The notes under the pieces were generated by a model, which was given only the letters and a program-made list of their open reading frames with translations, did no database searches and was not told the origin of the DNA. From NCBI GenBank assembly GCA_963722775.1, contig CAVROF010000021.1, forward strand, positions 6,668 through 70,667: a stretch of 64,000 bases of DNA, written 5' to 3'. Source of the stretch: an uncultured Gammaproteobacteria bacterium (GTDB lineage Bacteria > Pseudomonadota > Gammaproteobacteria > Steroidobacterales > Woeseiaceae). Of this stretch, positions 28,201 through 37,943 are shown in pieces. How positions within the stretch are numbered: position 1 is the first letter of the stretch; each line of letters begins with the position of its first letter. The translations under genes were made by a program, and so were the position numbers.

Positions 28201-30222
28201 CGCCGAGCGAGCCAACGACGGCGGCACCAACGCCGACGGTGGATGCGGGTTCAGTGACGTCGGTATTCAGCGATGTCTATACGGATCCTGCGGGAGTGGA
28301 CTACAACCCGAACTGGGGCCAGGCGACAGTGACCACTGTCGAGTCGATTGCGGGCGGCGAGGTTTTGAAGCTGGCCGGATTGAACTACCAGGGCATCGAC
28401 TTTATAACGGCTGGAACGGCGCTGGATGTATCGGCGCACGACACCTTGCACATCGATTTCTGGACGCCCGATGCCACGGCGGTGAATGTGTTCCTGATCA
28501 GCTCGGGTCCGGCGGAAACTGCTTATGCGTTACCGATTGTGACGGGAAGCTGGCAGAGCGTGGAAATACCGCTGAGCGCGTTCTCGGGGGTTGATCTCGC
28601 GGATGTCATCCAGATGAAGTTTGACGACGCCACGACCGGAGAAGCGGCGACGATCTTCTTCGACAATATCTACTTCTATACCGCAACCGGCGCAGACGCG
28701 CCGACAACTGCGGCGCCGACGCCGACGGTGGATGCGGGTTCGGTGACGTCGGTATTCAGTGATGCCTACACGGATCCTGCGGGAGTGGACTACAACCCGA
28801 ACTGGGGCCAGGCGACGGTGACCACGGTCGAGTCGATTGCGGGCGGCGAGGTGTTGCAGCTGGCCGGATTGAACTACCAGGGCATCGACTTTATAACGGC
28901 TGGAACGGCGCTGGATGTATCGGCGCACGACACCTTGCACATCGATTTCTGGACGCCCGATGCCACGGCGGTGAATGTGTTCCTGATCAGCTCGGGACCG
29001 GCGGAAACGCCCTATGCGTTACCGATAGTGACGGGAAGCTGGCAGAGCGTTGAGATACCGCTGAGCGCGTTCTCGGGGGTTGTCGATCTTGCGGATGTCA
29101 TCCAGATGAAGTTCGACGACGCCACGACCGGAGAAGCGGCGACAATCTTCTTCGACAACATCTATTTCTATACGGCAACCATCCCAGACGCGCCGACAAC
29201 AGCGGCGCCGACGCCGACGGTGGATGCGGGTTCGGTGACGTCGGTATTCAGTGATGCGTACACGGATCCTGTGGGAGTGGACTACAACCCGAACTGGGGT
29301 CAGGCGACGGTGACCACGGTCGAGTCGATCGCGGGCGGTGAGGTGTTGCAGCTGGCCGGATTGAACTACCAGGGCATCGACTTTGCCACGGGTGGATCTG
29401 CGCTGGATGTATCGGCACACGACACCTTGCACATCGATTTCTGGACGCCCGATGCCACGGCGGTGAATGTGTTCCTGATCAGCTCCGGACCGGCGGAAAC
29501 GCCCTACGCGTTACCCATAGTGAACGGAAGCTGGCAGAGCGTGGAGATACCGCTGAGCACGTTCTCGGGGGTTGTCAATCTTGCGGATGTTATCCAGATG
29601 AAGTTTGACGACGCCACCACGGGAGAGGCGGCGACGATCTTCTTCGACAACATCTACTTCTATACGTCCGGCGGTACCGGTGGCGGCGGTACTTTCGTCA
29701 ACGGTGACTTTGAAAACGGGTTCACCGGTTGGACGCAAGAGCTGATTCCATCTGATCGCGGATCCATTGCTCTCGATTCCAGCGGGCAAGGTGGTCGGAC
29801 AGGCACTGTGGCCAGGCTCGTTGCGGCCGGAGATGCTTCTGGAACAAACGACGTGCTGATAAGCCAGGTGGCCTTGGCCGCAGGCACAGTTTCGCCCGGC
29901 GATTCAATCGATGTTTCATTCGATTTGTATGGAGCCCTGACAGGGGCCGGCGGTGTTGTGTTCGTAGAGGTGATATTCCTCAATGGCGCTGGAGAAGATG
30001 TAGGAGGCCGGGATTTTGTGGGCCCGGCATTCCCCTACACGCCGACAGCGACCTGGACGACTCATTCGGGCACTGTTATCGCTGGAACCGGTGTGAGGCG
30101 GTACTACTGGATTTGATGTCAGTGGCGGTGTAACGCTGCAGCTCAAAGCCGCTTGTGGAGCTATAGCCGGTGGTTGTGGTGTAGATGCTTCCTTTGACAA
30201 CGTCACCTTCGTGATTAACTGA
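25242..30222 (+). CDS. GH16 (laminarinase-type beta-glucanase) lipoprotein with five CBM-like modules and a terminal CBM4/9-like module; apparent frameshift near 30093-30100
   Basis: Lipobox FSVSGC. The GH16 core reads YELVFADEFN..WGNNEWQLYT..GEIDFMELH (catalytic ExDxxE). There are two plus three beta-sandwich-like modules behind APTPTV linkers. The track ORF stops at 30116, but frame +1 continues GGTTGFDVSGGVTLQLKAACGAIAGGCGVDASFDNVTFVIN* to 30222. Confidence 0.85.
28212..29666. repeat. three tandem ~489/492-bp near-identical repeats (CBM-like modules 3-5 of the GH16 gene)
   Basis: The GTGGATGCGGG landmark recurs at 28239, 28728 and 29220. Modules 3 and 4 differ at roughly 5 percent of positions by eye. 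Confidence 0.9.
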
Positions 30223-30235
30223 TGGCGGGGGCGGG

Positions 30236-30260
30236 ACCGCAGACTTAACAAGTCTGCGGT
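30236..30260. terminator. strong hairpin between convergent GH16 and MFS genes
   Basis: ACCGCAGACTT (30236-30246) pairs with AAGTCTGCGGT (30250-30260). It is followed by TTGCTTGC, a weak T tract. Confidence 0.5.
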
Positions 30261-30355
30261 TTGCTTGCGGTGAGGTCAGGCCCACGCGGTTGACAAGGTG
30301 ACGACCTACAAGAATAGCCCCAACTAATCATCCGTGGGTAGAGGAGCAGCCGTGA

Positions 30356-31639
30356 CTAGCCTTCCCAGTCTTGCTCAAGCCGGCGCGCGGCAAGCAGAAA
30401 GATCGCCGCAGCCACAAGGTAGAACGTGGTACCCGCCAGGATGGCGTAGCGCAAGGACTCGTCGCCAAAGCGATCCTGCAACCCGTCTGAGATGGCGCCG
30501 ATCGCGAACGTGCCGATACCGATGCCAATCAGGTTGTTGACGAACAGGAAGATGGCCGATGCGGTAGCTCGCATGTTGGGCGGCACCAGGTGTTGTACTG
30601 CCGAAATGACCGGCCCCAGCCAGGCCAGGCCCAGTGCCGTGGGTACGATCATGACCAGCACGGAAATCGTCAAGGTCGGAGACAGGACGCCAACCAGGTA
30701 GAACGGCACGGTGGCGAGGAAAGCAAACGCGGGAATACGCGCATAGGCCGAACGATTCGTCTCGCCGAAGCGGTCGGCCAGTGAGCCCCCAAGCCATGTT
30801 CCGGCGATACCGCCGACCAGCAGGATGGCGCCGTAAACCAGCGAGGCATTGAGCAACGTAACCTCGTAGCTGCGAACGAAAAACGAAGGCAGCCAGAAGA
30901 ACAAACCGTAGCCCATCATCGAAGAACAGGAAGCAGCCAGTGACAAGCCCCAGAAACTGGGTTTCTTCATCAGGACCCGCATGATCTCAGTCAGGCTGGC
31001 CGCGCTGGACACACTGCCCTTGGCGTCAAACGCCCCCCTGACGGGTTCACGAACAGTGGCCCGGAAAATGGGTGCCACCACGATGCCTGCCGCACCAACA
31101 ACGATAAAAGCAAAGCGCCAGTCGACCAGGGTCGCGATGATGCCGCCAAAGACGATGCCGAGGGCGCTGCCGATCGGGATGCCAAATGAGTAAACACTGA
31201 GCGCCCGCGCTCGTTGATTGGGCGGGAAGAAATCGGAAATCAGGGAATACGCTGGTGCGACGCCGCCGGCCTCGCCGATGCCAACACCAACCCGGGCGAG
31301 GAACAACTGCCAGAAATTCTGCGCCATGCCGCACACGGCGGTCATGCCACTCCAGACCACCAGCGCCCCGGTCATGATCCATGTCCGGCTCATGCGGTCG
31401 GCTGCCATCGCAATCGGGATCGCCAGTGTCGTGTAGAGCAACGCGAACGCGAGACCGCCCATCAGGCCCAGTTGTGTATCGGTCAGCCCGAGATCTTCCT
31501 TGATAGGAATGGCGAGGATTCCGACGATCTGCCGGTCGATGAAATTGAAGGTATATACGAGTACCAGGATGGACAGCACATAAGCCCGGTAAGCGTTCGA
31601 AGGTCTCGGTGTCTCCATGCCGGCGAGTTTATAGACCAA
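30356..31639 (-). CDS. MFS transporter
   Basis: 427 aa with about 12 hydrophobic segments and the MFS motif GAxADRxSR-like block (AMAADRMSRTW). Confidence 0.85.
   Translation of the reverse strand: MVYKLAGMETPRPSNAYRAYVLSILVLVYTFNFIDRQIVGILAIPIKEDLGLTDTQLGLMGGLAFALLYTTLAIPIAMAADRMSRTWIMTGALVVWSGMTAVCGMAQNFWQLFLARVGVGIGEAGGVAPAYSLISDFFPPNQRARALSVYSFGIPIGSALGIVFGGIIATLVDWRFAFIVVGAAGIVVAPIFRATVREPVRGAFDAKGSVSSAASLTEIMRVLMKKPSFWGLSLAASCSSMMGYGLFFWLPSFFVRSYEVTLLNASLVYGAILLVGGIAGTWLGGSLADRFGETNRSAYARIPAFAFLATVPFYLVGVLSPTLTISVLVMIVPTALGLAWLGPVISAVQHLVPPNMRATASAIFLFVNNLIGIGIGTFAIGAISDGLQDRFGDESLRYAILAGTTFYLVAAAIFLLAARRLEQDWEG
30519..30652. repeat. 134-bp direct repeat, copy B (inside the intact MFS gene)
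   Basis: See copy A at 24690-24823. Confidence 0.9.
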
Positions 31640-31685
31640 GCAGCCGCGCGGCGAACTGTGTGTCCGCCGCGTGGCTTACCTTGTC

Positions 31686-33984
31686 CTAGAAACGATACTC
31701 GACGGTGCCCGTTATCGTGCGCGGGTTACCGTAAAAGGCCGTAACGGATCCTTCAAGTCCCAGGGTCGGAGCCGGGAAGTAATAGCCGGCAACTTTGTAC
31801 TCTTCGTCGGCCAGGTTCTTGCCGTGCAGACCTGCACGCCAGTGGCCATCGTCATCTTCCCAGACCACGCTCAGGTCCCAAAGCGTGAAGGCAGACTGGT
31901 CGAGTTCAACGGTTTCGAACTCGAACTGAGATGCTTCGCTACGATGTGAGGCAGAGCCGATAACAAAGAAGGTCCCACCGTTGCCGAACAGGTCCATCGA
32001 ATTCTGGTAGGTAACCGTCGCGCTGGCGGTGAGGTCCGGAGTGTTCTGGAATACGCGCTGGTCCGCGACGTTGGTGCCTGTCGCATCAATGAACTCATTG
32101 AATTCAGCGTCCAGGTAACCGATGGCCCAGCCCAGGGTGAACATGTCACCCAACAACGCGGTGCCCTCAAACTCGATACCCATCATGTCCGCGTCGGCTG
32201 CGTTCGAGGTAACACCGATGAATGTATCGTTGGTGCCGTCCCCGTCCGAGTCAAAGCCGAAAGAACCCGGAATCTGAACATCCGTGTAATCAGAGAAAAA
32301 GACGGCAACACTGGTGTTGACGCGGCCGCCCAGCCACGTCGACTTGACTCCAATCTCGTAGGTGTCTACGAACTCGGGATCGAACGCCAAAAAGTCGAAG
32401 ATCTCCTGATCCGTAACGGTGCCATCGCCATCTATGTCAGGTGCCGCACTGGTTTGGCCACGCGGGTCGAAGCTACCGCCCTTGAAGCCCTCGCTGTAGG
32501 TCAGGTAGAGGTTTTGATCGTCGCTCGGTTTCCAGTTGACGGATACGCGTGGCGTGAACTCCTGTGAATTCGCGGCTACCCAGGAAATCGGACGTCACCA
32601 CAAGCGGAACGCCCGTTCCACCGAGTGCAGGTGACGCGCCACCCAGGTAGGTGGTCCTGAGGACCTGGGAAGTTCTTTCATCTACGGTGTATCGCCCACC
32701 GACGGAAAGGCTCACGGCATCGGAGACGTTAAAACTGAAATCTGCGTAAGCTGCCCAGCTCTTGGTGTCGACATCGCCATAGGTATTGGCATTCAGCCCT
32801 GGCAGATCGAGCACGGCGCCGAGTTGTTCGAGAATAACGTCGAAGGTGTTGAACGCATTGGCGTCAAGCCAGTAAATGCCTGCCACGCCGCTCAGCCGAT
32901 CCGTTTCATAGATCAACTGCAGTTCTTCCGAGAGCTGCTCGTTCTCGTAAATGGCCGGCACGTCGAGGTCGACCACCGGAAGGCTGTCGAAATCGATCGG
33001 CGTCGTTGTCTCGTCCTGACGGCTGGACAAGATATTACGCAGCGTGATGGTGTCGCTCAGCCTCCAGTTGGCTGTTAAAGCCACACCGCTGGCTTCGACT
33101 TCCTGCGTGGGGCTGTTCAGTCCAGAGCGGGTATCGAACACATCGCTGAGAATCGGTGCGCCGGAAGCCGCGCCCACCGTCAGGCGATGGCCCTGCTTGG
33201 GATCCGAATCGTCTTTCACATAGTCGCCACTAAGTCGCAGGTCGAAGTTATCGGTCACGTCCCACTCCATGGAGAAACGTCCGCCTAACACGTCCTTGTT
33301 GTAATTCTCGACACCGGGGAGGTTCAGATTGTCACCAAACCCGTCCCTGGTCAGCCGGGCGATTGAACCGCCGATCCGAAAATTGTCTGACAGTGACGTT
33401 GAGCCGGTCAGCACCAGGTCCATCTGGTTGGCGGTGCCATAGGAGACCCGAACCTTGGCTTCGGGCTCATCCCCGAGGCTCTTCGTTACGTACTTGATCG
33501 CACCACCGATGGTGTTGCGCCCGTACAGCGTACCCTGCGGCCCGCGGAGCACTTCGATCCGATCGACATCGTAGATATCGAGTACCGCTGCCTGGGGTCG
33601 ATTGAGGTATACATCATCGACGTACAATCCTACGCCGGCTTCGAATCCAGCGACCGGGTCCTGCTGCCCGACACCGCGGATGAAGGCAGTGATCGTCGTG
33701 TTCGTGCCCCTGGATACTTCCAGCGTCACGTTGGGAGAACTCTGCCCCACGGTGATCAAGGTGTCGGCGCCAATGCGGTCCAGTTGCTCGCCCGTGAATG
33801 CGGTGATGGCAATTGGCACATCCTGAAGCGATTCGTCGCGACGGCGCGCCGTGACGATCAATTCCTCAATGACACCACTGGATGCCTCAGCCGTATCGTC
33901 CTGCTGAGCCACGACGGGCCCGGCAAAACCAGCGGCCACGGTCGCTCCGAGAATCAAAAACAGTCTTGTTGTTGAACTGGACAC
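31686..33984 (-). pseudogene. TonB-dependent receptor split by one apparent frameshift (~32560-32566)
   Basis: The N-terminal ORF carries the plug domain (IEELIVTARRRDESLQDVP...VLRGPQGTLYGRNTIGGAI). The C-terminal ORF ends in the typical TVEYRF. Shifting one nt at CGCGAATTCACAGGAGTTCACG gives continuous EFTPRVSVNWKPSDDQNLYLTYSEGFKGG. The start is probably GTG 33984 or 33990, after GGGGAGGAA. Confidence 0.85.
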
Positions 33985-34110
33985 TTTCACTTCCTCCCCA
34001 AAATGCAATTGCTTGTTCGCAACGGATGTATACAGCAAAAGTATGCTCGTTAATGAAACATGAATCAAGTTTCAAGTTATACTGTGGCTGACAATGACCG
34101 GAGGCAAGCC

Positions 34111-35088
34111 ATGCGATTCGCAAATTTCTGCAAGATTTCCACAATCCTGGCCCTTTCGGCCTGCAGTGCGGGACCGAGCGTCCTGGCCGATGACAACGAC
34201 ACGGGGCGTGTCACCGTTTCCGGAATATCCGCTGGCGGTTATGCCGCCGTGCAGGCACACGTCGCTTTGTCCGACACGATCAGTGGCGCTGCCGCTGTCG
34301 CGGGCGGGCCCTATCACTGCGCCGAGGGGAACATCATCTATGCGCTGGGCCGGTGTATCAGCGGCTCTGCCCTCGATGCGGCCCCACTGGTAGAGGCCAC
34401 ACGCTCTGCCGCTGGCGCTGGCACTATCGATCCGGTCGAATCCCTGTCCAATGACCGGGTGTGGCTGTTCCACGGCAAAGGAGATCCCATTGTCGACGTG
34501 GCTGTGACCAGGGCATTGCGGGATTTTTACGCGTCGTTCCTGCCAGAACAGGCCATTACACTGGTTGACAATATCCCAGCGACACATGGCTGGCCGACGC
34601 GGGACCAGGGTGTTGCCTGCGGGGAAATGGGCGGCGACTACATCAACGCCTGTGATTACGACGCCGCCGGCGAACTGCTGCAGCATCTGTACGGCTCGTT
34701 GAGCCAACCGACCACGGCCCGTGAGGACGGTCTGCAGGTCCTGGACCAGGCGTCGGTCGTTCCGGAAGGTGGCTATTTCGCCGACTCAGGGTTTGCGTAT
34801 GTGCCCCAGGCTTGCGTCGACAAAACGGGTGAATGCCGCTTGCACCTGGCTTTTCACGGTTGCCGTCAGGGCAACGAGTTCATCGAGGATCGATTCGCCA
34901 GGATGTCTGGCCTCAATGAATGGGCTGAGAGCAACCGCATTATCGTGCTCTATCCGCAGGTGAGTAAATCGCTGATGAACCCTCAGGGCTGCTGGGACTG
35001 GTGGGGTTATACCGGTGCTGACTATGATCAGCGCAGCGGCAAGCAAATCGCGGGCATAGCGGCCCTGATCGAGGCCTGGTCCGAGTAG
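34111..35088 (+). CDS. PHB-depolymerase-family esterase lipoprotein
   Basis: GGAGG lies 6 nt before ATG 34111. Lipobox ILALSAC and the nucleophile elbow VSGISAGGYAA are present. The overall pattern resembles the Esterase_PHB / LpqC family. Confidence 0.65.
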   Translation: MRFANFCKISTILALSACSAGPSVLADDNDTGRVTVSGISAGGYAAVQAHVALSDTISGAAAVAGGPYHCAEGNIIYALGRCISGSALDAAPLVEATRSAAGAGTIDPVESLSNDRVWLFHGKGDPIVDVAVTRALRDFYASFLPEQAITLVDNIPATHGWPTRDQGVACGEMGGDYINACDYDAAGELLQHLYGSLSQPTTAREDGLQVLDQASVVPEGGYFADSGFAYVPQACVDKTGECRLHLAFHGCRQGNEFIEDRFARMSGLNEWAESNRIIVLYPQVSKSLMNPQGCWDWWGYTGADYDQRSGKQIAGIAALIEAWSE

Positions 35089-35222
35089 AATTATTCTGAG
35101 TAGAATTATCAGGGGGGCCGAATACCGGCATGATCTTGCCATTCCAGCTGAAGTGTGCAAACTTATGAAAATCGAATCAGGTTTCATATTTGGGCTGATT
35201 TTTCCGATCTGAAGGAACCCGC

Positions 35223-36260
35223 ATGACCAGCATGGGCATCGTCTCCACCGGCACGTACTTTCCGGAGACGTACATCACCGCGAAAGAGATCGCTGAGCAA
35301 AGCGGTTTGCCCGAGTGGGTCGTGAGAGAAAAGCTGGGAATCGAGCGCAAGTTCGTCGCGGATCCCAAAGTCCACCCCAATGAAATGGCCGTTCATGCAG
35401 CACGCAAGGCGATCGCCGCGGCCGGCATCGACCCTTTGGAAATCGACGTTATTCTCGGCACCACTGAAGAGTGGCGGGAATATCTTCTGTGGACGTCGGC
35501 CATCGATCTCGGCTGGGAAATCGGGGCGAAGAACGCCTGGGGCATAGATGTTCACACGCGTTGCGCGACGACGATCGCCGCGCTGCAACTTGCCCGCGGC
35601 CTGATGGCCGATGACCCGAACATCGATACCATCCTGATCGGAGGTGGTTACGCCACTTCGCATTTTATCGACCTGTCGGATCTCGATACGTCGTTCCTGT
35701 TCAACATAGGTGCCGGCGCCGGCGCGATGATCGTAAAACGCGACTGGGCCGAGAATCATATCCTTGGTATCCACATCATCGCCGATGGCTCGATGAGTCG
35801 GCACGTGATCGTGCCGGCCAGCGGATCGGTCCAGCACCCGACCGATGCCGCTGTCGCAAACGGTGATTACAAATTCAGGCTGGTGGAACCCGAAGCCATG
35901 AAGACGCGACTGGGCGAGGTCTCGATCAAGAACTGGTTGGAGTGCGTTGATACCGCACTGGCCAGATCGGGCAAGAACCGCGACGGGACAGCGTATACGC
36001 GTGACGATATCGACTTCTTCAACATGTCGCTGGTGAAACCGTCCGGTCATCGTGAAATGCTGGAACACCTGGGCCTGACAGAGGAACAAAGCGTCTACAT
36101 GTCGAGCATCGGCCACATCGGCGAACAGGACGCTATTATTAACATCGAAGCCGGCATCGAGCAGGGTCGTCTGAAGCCAGGCGACACGATGGCAATCATC
36201 GCCGCGGGTATCGGTTACATCTGGGGTGGGGCGATCGTCGAATGGGGACCTCTCGCATGA
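35223..36260 (+). CDS. 3-oxoacyl-ACP synthase III (KAS III/FabH-like) family protein
   Basis: 345 aa with an active-site Cys context (DVHTRCATTIAALQLA) and a FabH-like C-terminal domain (IGHIGEQDAII...AAGIGYIWGGAIVEW). Confidence 0.8.
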   Translation: MTSMGIVSTGTYFPETYITAKEIAEQSGLPEWVVREKLGIERKFVADPKVHPNEMAVHAARKAIAAAGIDPLEIDVILGTTEEWREYLLWTSAIDLGWEIGAKNAWGIDVHTRCATTIAALQLARGLMADDPNIDTILIGGGYATSHFIDLSDLDTSFLFNIGAGAGAMIVKRDWAENHILGIHIIADGSMSRHVIVPASGSVQHPTDAAVANGDYKFRLVEPEAMKTRLGEVSIKNWLECVDTALARSGKNRDGTAYTRDDIDFFNMSLVKPSGHREMLEHLGLTEEQSVYMSSIGHIGEQDAIINIEAGIEQGRLKPGDTMAIIAAGIGYIWGGAIVEWGPLA

Positions 36261-37328
36261 CTGTTGCGACGCTGGAAGGAATCAGGGCAGAGGTCATAAC
36301 GACCGGTCGATTGACTACCCGGGTCCTTTTCTCCGGCCCTGACGACGGCATCCCCGTACTGTTTATTCATGGCAACTTTTCTTCCGCAACCTGGTGGGAA
36401 GAATCCATGCTTGCCCTGCCTGAGAAATACCGCGCGATAGCACCCGACCAGCGTGGCTTCGGCGGCGCGGACCCCGCCGTGAAAGTCAACGCACAGAATG
36501 GCATGAACGATCTCATCGAAGACGCCATCGCGCTGATGGATCATCTCGGGCACGACAAATTCCACCTGGTCGGCAACTCGCTGGGCGGACTGGTCGCGTG
36601 GTGGATGATGGCGGCCTGGCCGCAGCGACTGCTCTCCGTCACCCTCCCAGGTGCCGGTTCGCCATACGGTTTTGGTGCTACCACGGGATGAACTGGGCAC
36701 ACCGGTGAATGATGACTACGCCGGCTCCGGTGGAGGATTGCTGAACCGTGACCTCATCAGGAACATCAGTGAAGGCAACCGCACTGCGGACTCACCTTTC
36801 ACGCCGCGTTCAGTACTCCGCCTGCTCGTTTGGGGACCGCCTTTCATCCCGGAGCGGGAAGACACGCTGCTGGAGGCGACGATGCAGGTGCACCTGGGCG
36901 ATCGAGACTTACCCGGTGATCACGAAAGCTCTACGAACTGGCCGTATTTTTCACCGGGGAAATGGGGCGCCACGAACGCCATGTCGCCCAAATACGCCGG
37001 CGACCTGGTTGAAAGAATCCTCGCCGCCGAACCGAAACCGAAAGTACTGTGGATCTACGGCGCCGACGACGTTGCGGTATGCAACAACGCCGCGTCGGAC
37101 CCGGCGACGCGCGGCCAGGCCGGGTTGCTGGAAGGCTACCCGGGCGCCGAGCTGTATCCGCATCAGCCGATGATGAAGCAGATCCGAAAGGTCCTCGACG
37201 ACTACACGGCACACGGCGGCGAGTACGAGGAAGTGGCCATCAGCGACTCCGGCCATGTGCCGTTCATGTCTCATCCGGACGAGTTCAACCGGTCCTTTCA
37301 CAATCACCTGGAGTGTTGTGAGACATGA
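36257..37328 (+). CDS. alpha/beta-fold hydrolase, split by an apparent frameshift (~36680-36686)
   Basis: An ATGA overlap joins it to the KASIII stop. The nucleophile GNSLGG is in ORF 1 and the catalytic His context DSGHVPFMSHPDEF is in ORF 2. The junction reads SPYGFGAT / RDELGTPVNDDYAGSGGG. Confidence 0.75.
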
Positions 37329-37933
37329 ATCGTTCATCGAATCCTGAGAGGCTCCCCAAAACCGCACGCGGCAGACAAACCCGCGACAAGTTGCTGCAGG
37401 CGGCTGAAATCGAATTTGGCAACCAGGGTTTTCACGCGGCTTCGGTCAGTGGCATTACCCACCAGGCCGGTGTGGCACTTGGCACGTTTTACAACTACTT
37501 CGAAAGCAAGGAAGAGCTCTATCGAGCCCTGGTAGGTTATATGAGCCACCGGGTCCGCAGCTGGATTGCGGAACGAATCGTCGACGCGCCAGACCGTCTC
37601 AGTGCAGAGCGCAAAGGCCTGCAAGCCTATCTCGAGTTCGTGCGCGAACACCCCGGCCTGTACCGCATCATTACCGAAGCCGAATTCGTCGCCAACGATG
37701 CGTTCATGGAACATTATGGTGGGATCGCGCGTGCCTATGCGGCCAACCTCACCGCTGCCAGCGAGCGCAATGAAATACGAGACGGCGACTCCGAAGTCTG
37801 GTCCTGGGCCATCATGGGCATGATGGTCTTTCTGGGCATGCGATACGGCGAATGGGATCAGATAACGGACCCGGCCGAAGTTGCACGGCGTGCCGGCGAT
37901 CTGATCGCCAATGGCATCGCCAAAAAGGAGTGA
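37325..37933 (+). CDS. TetR/AcrR-family transcriptional regulator
   Basis: The N-terminal HTH reads TRDKLLQAAEIEFGNQGFHAASVSGITHQAGVALGTFYNYFESKEELY. Confidence 0.85.
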   Translation: MNRSSNPERLPKTARGRQTRDKLLQAAEIEFGNQGFHAASVSGITHQAGVALGTFYNYFESKEELYRALVGYMSHRVRSWIAERIVDAPDRLSAERKGLQAYLEFVREHPGLYRIITEAEFVANDAFMEHYGGIARAYAANLTAASERNEIRDGDSEVWSWAIMGMMVFLGMRYGEWDQITDPAEVARRAGDLIANGIAKKE

Positions 37934-37943
37934 TTTTTTCGTC

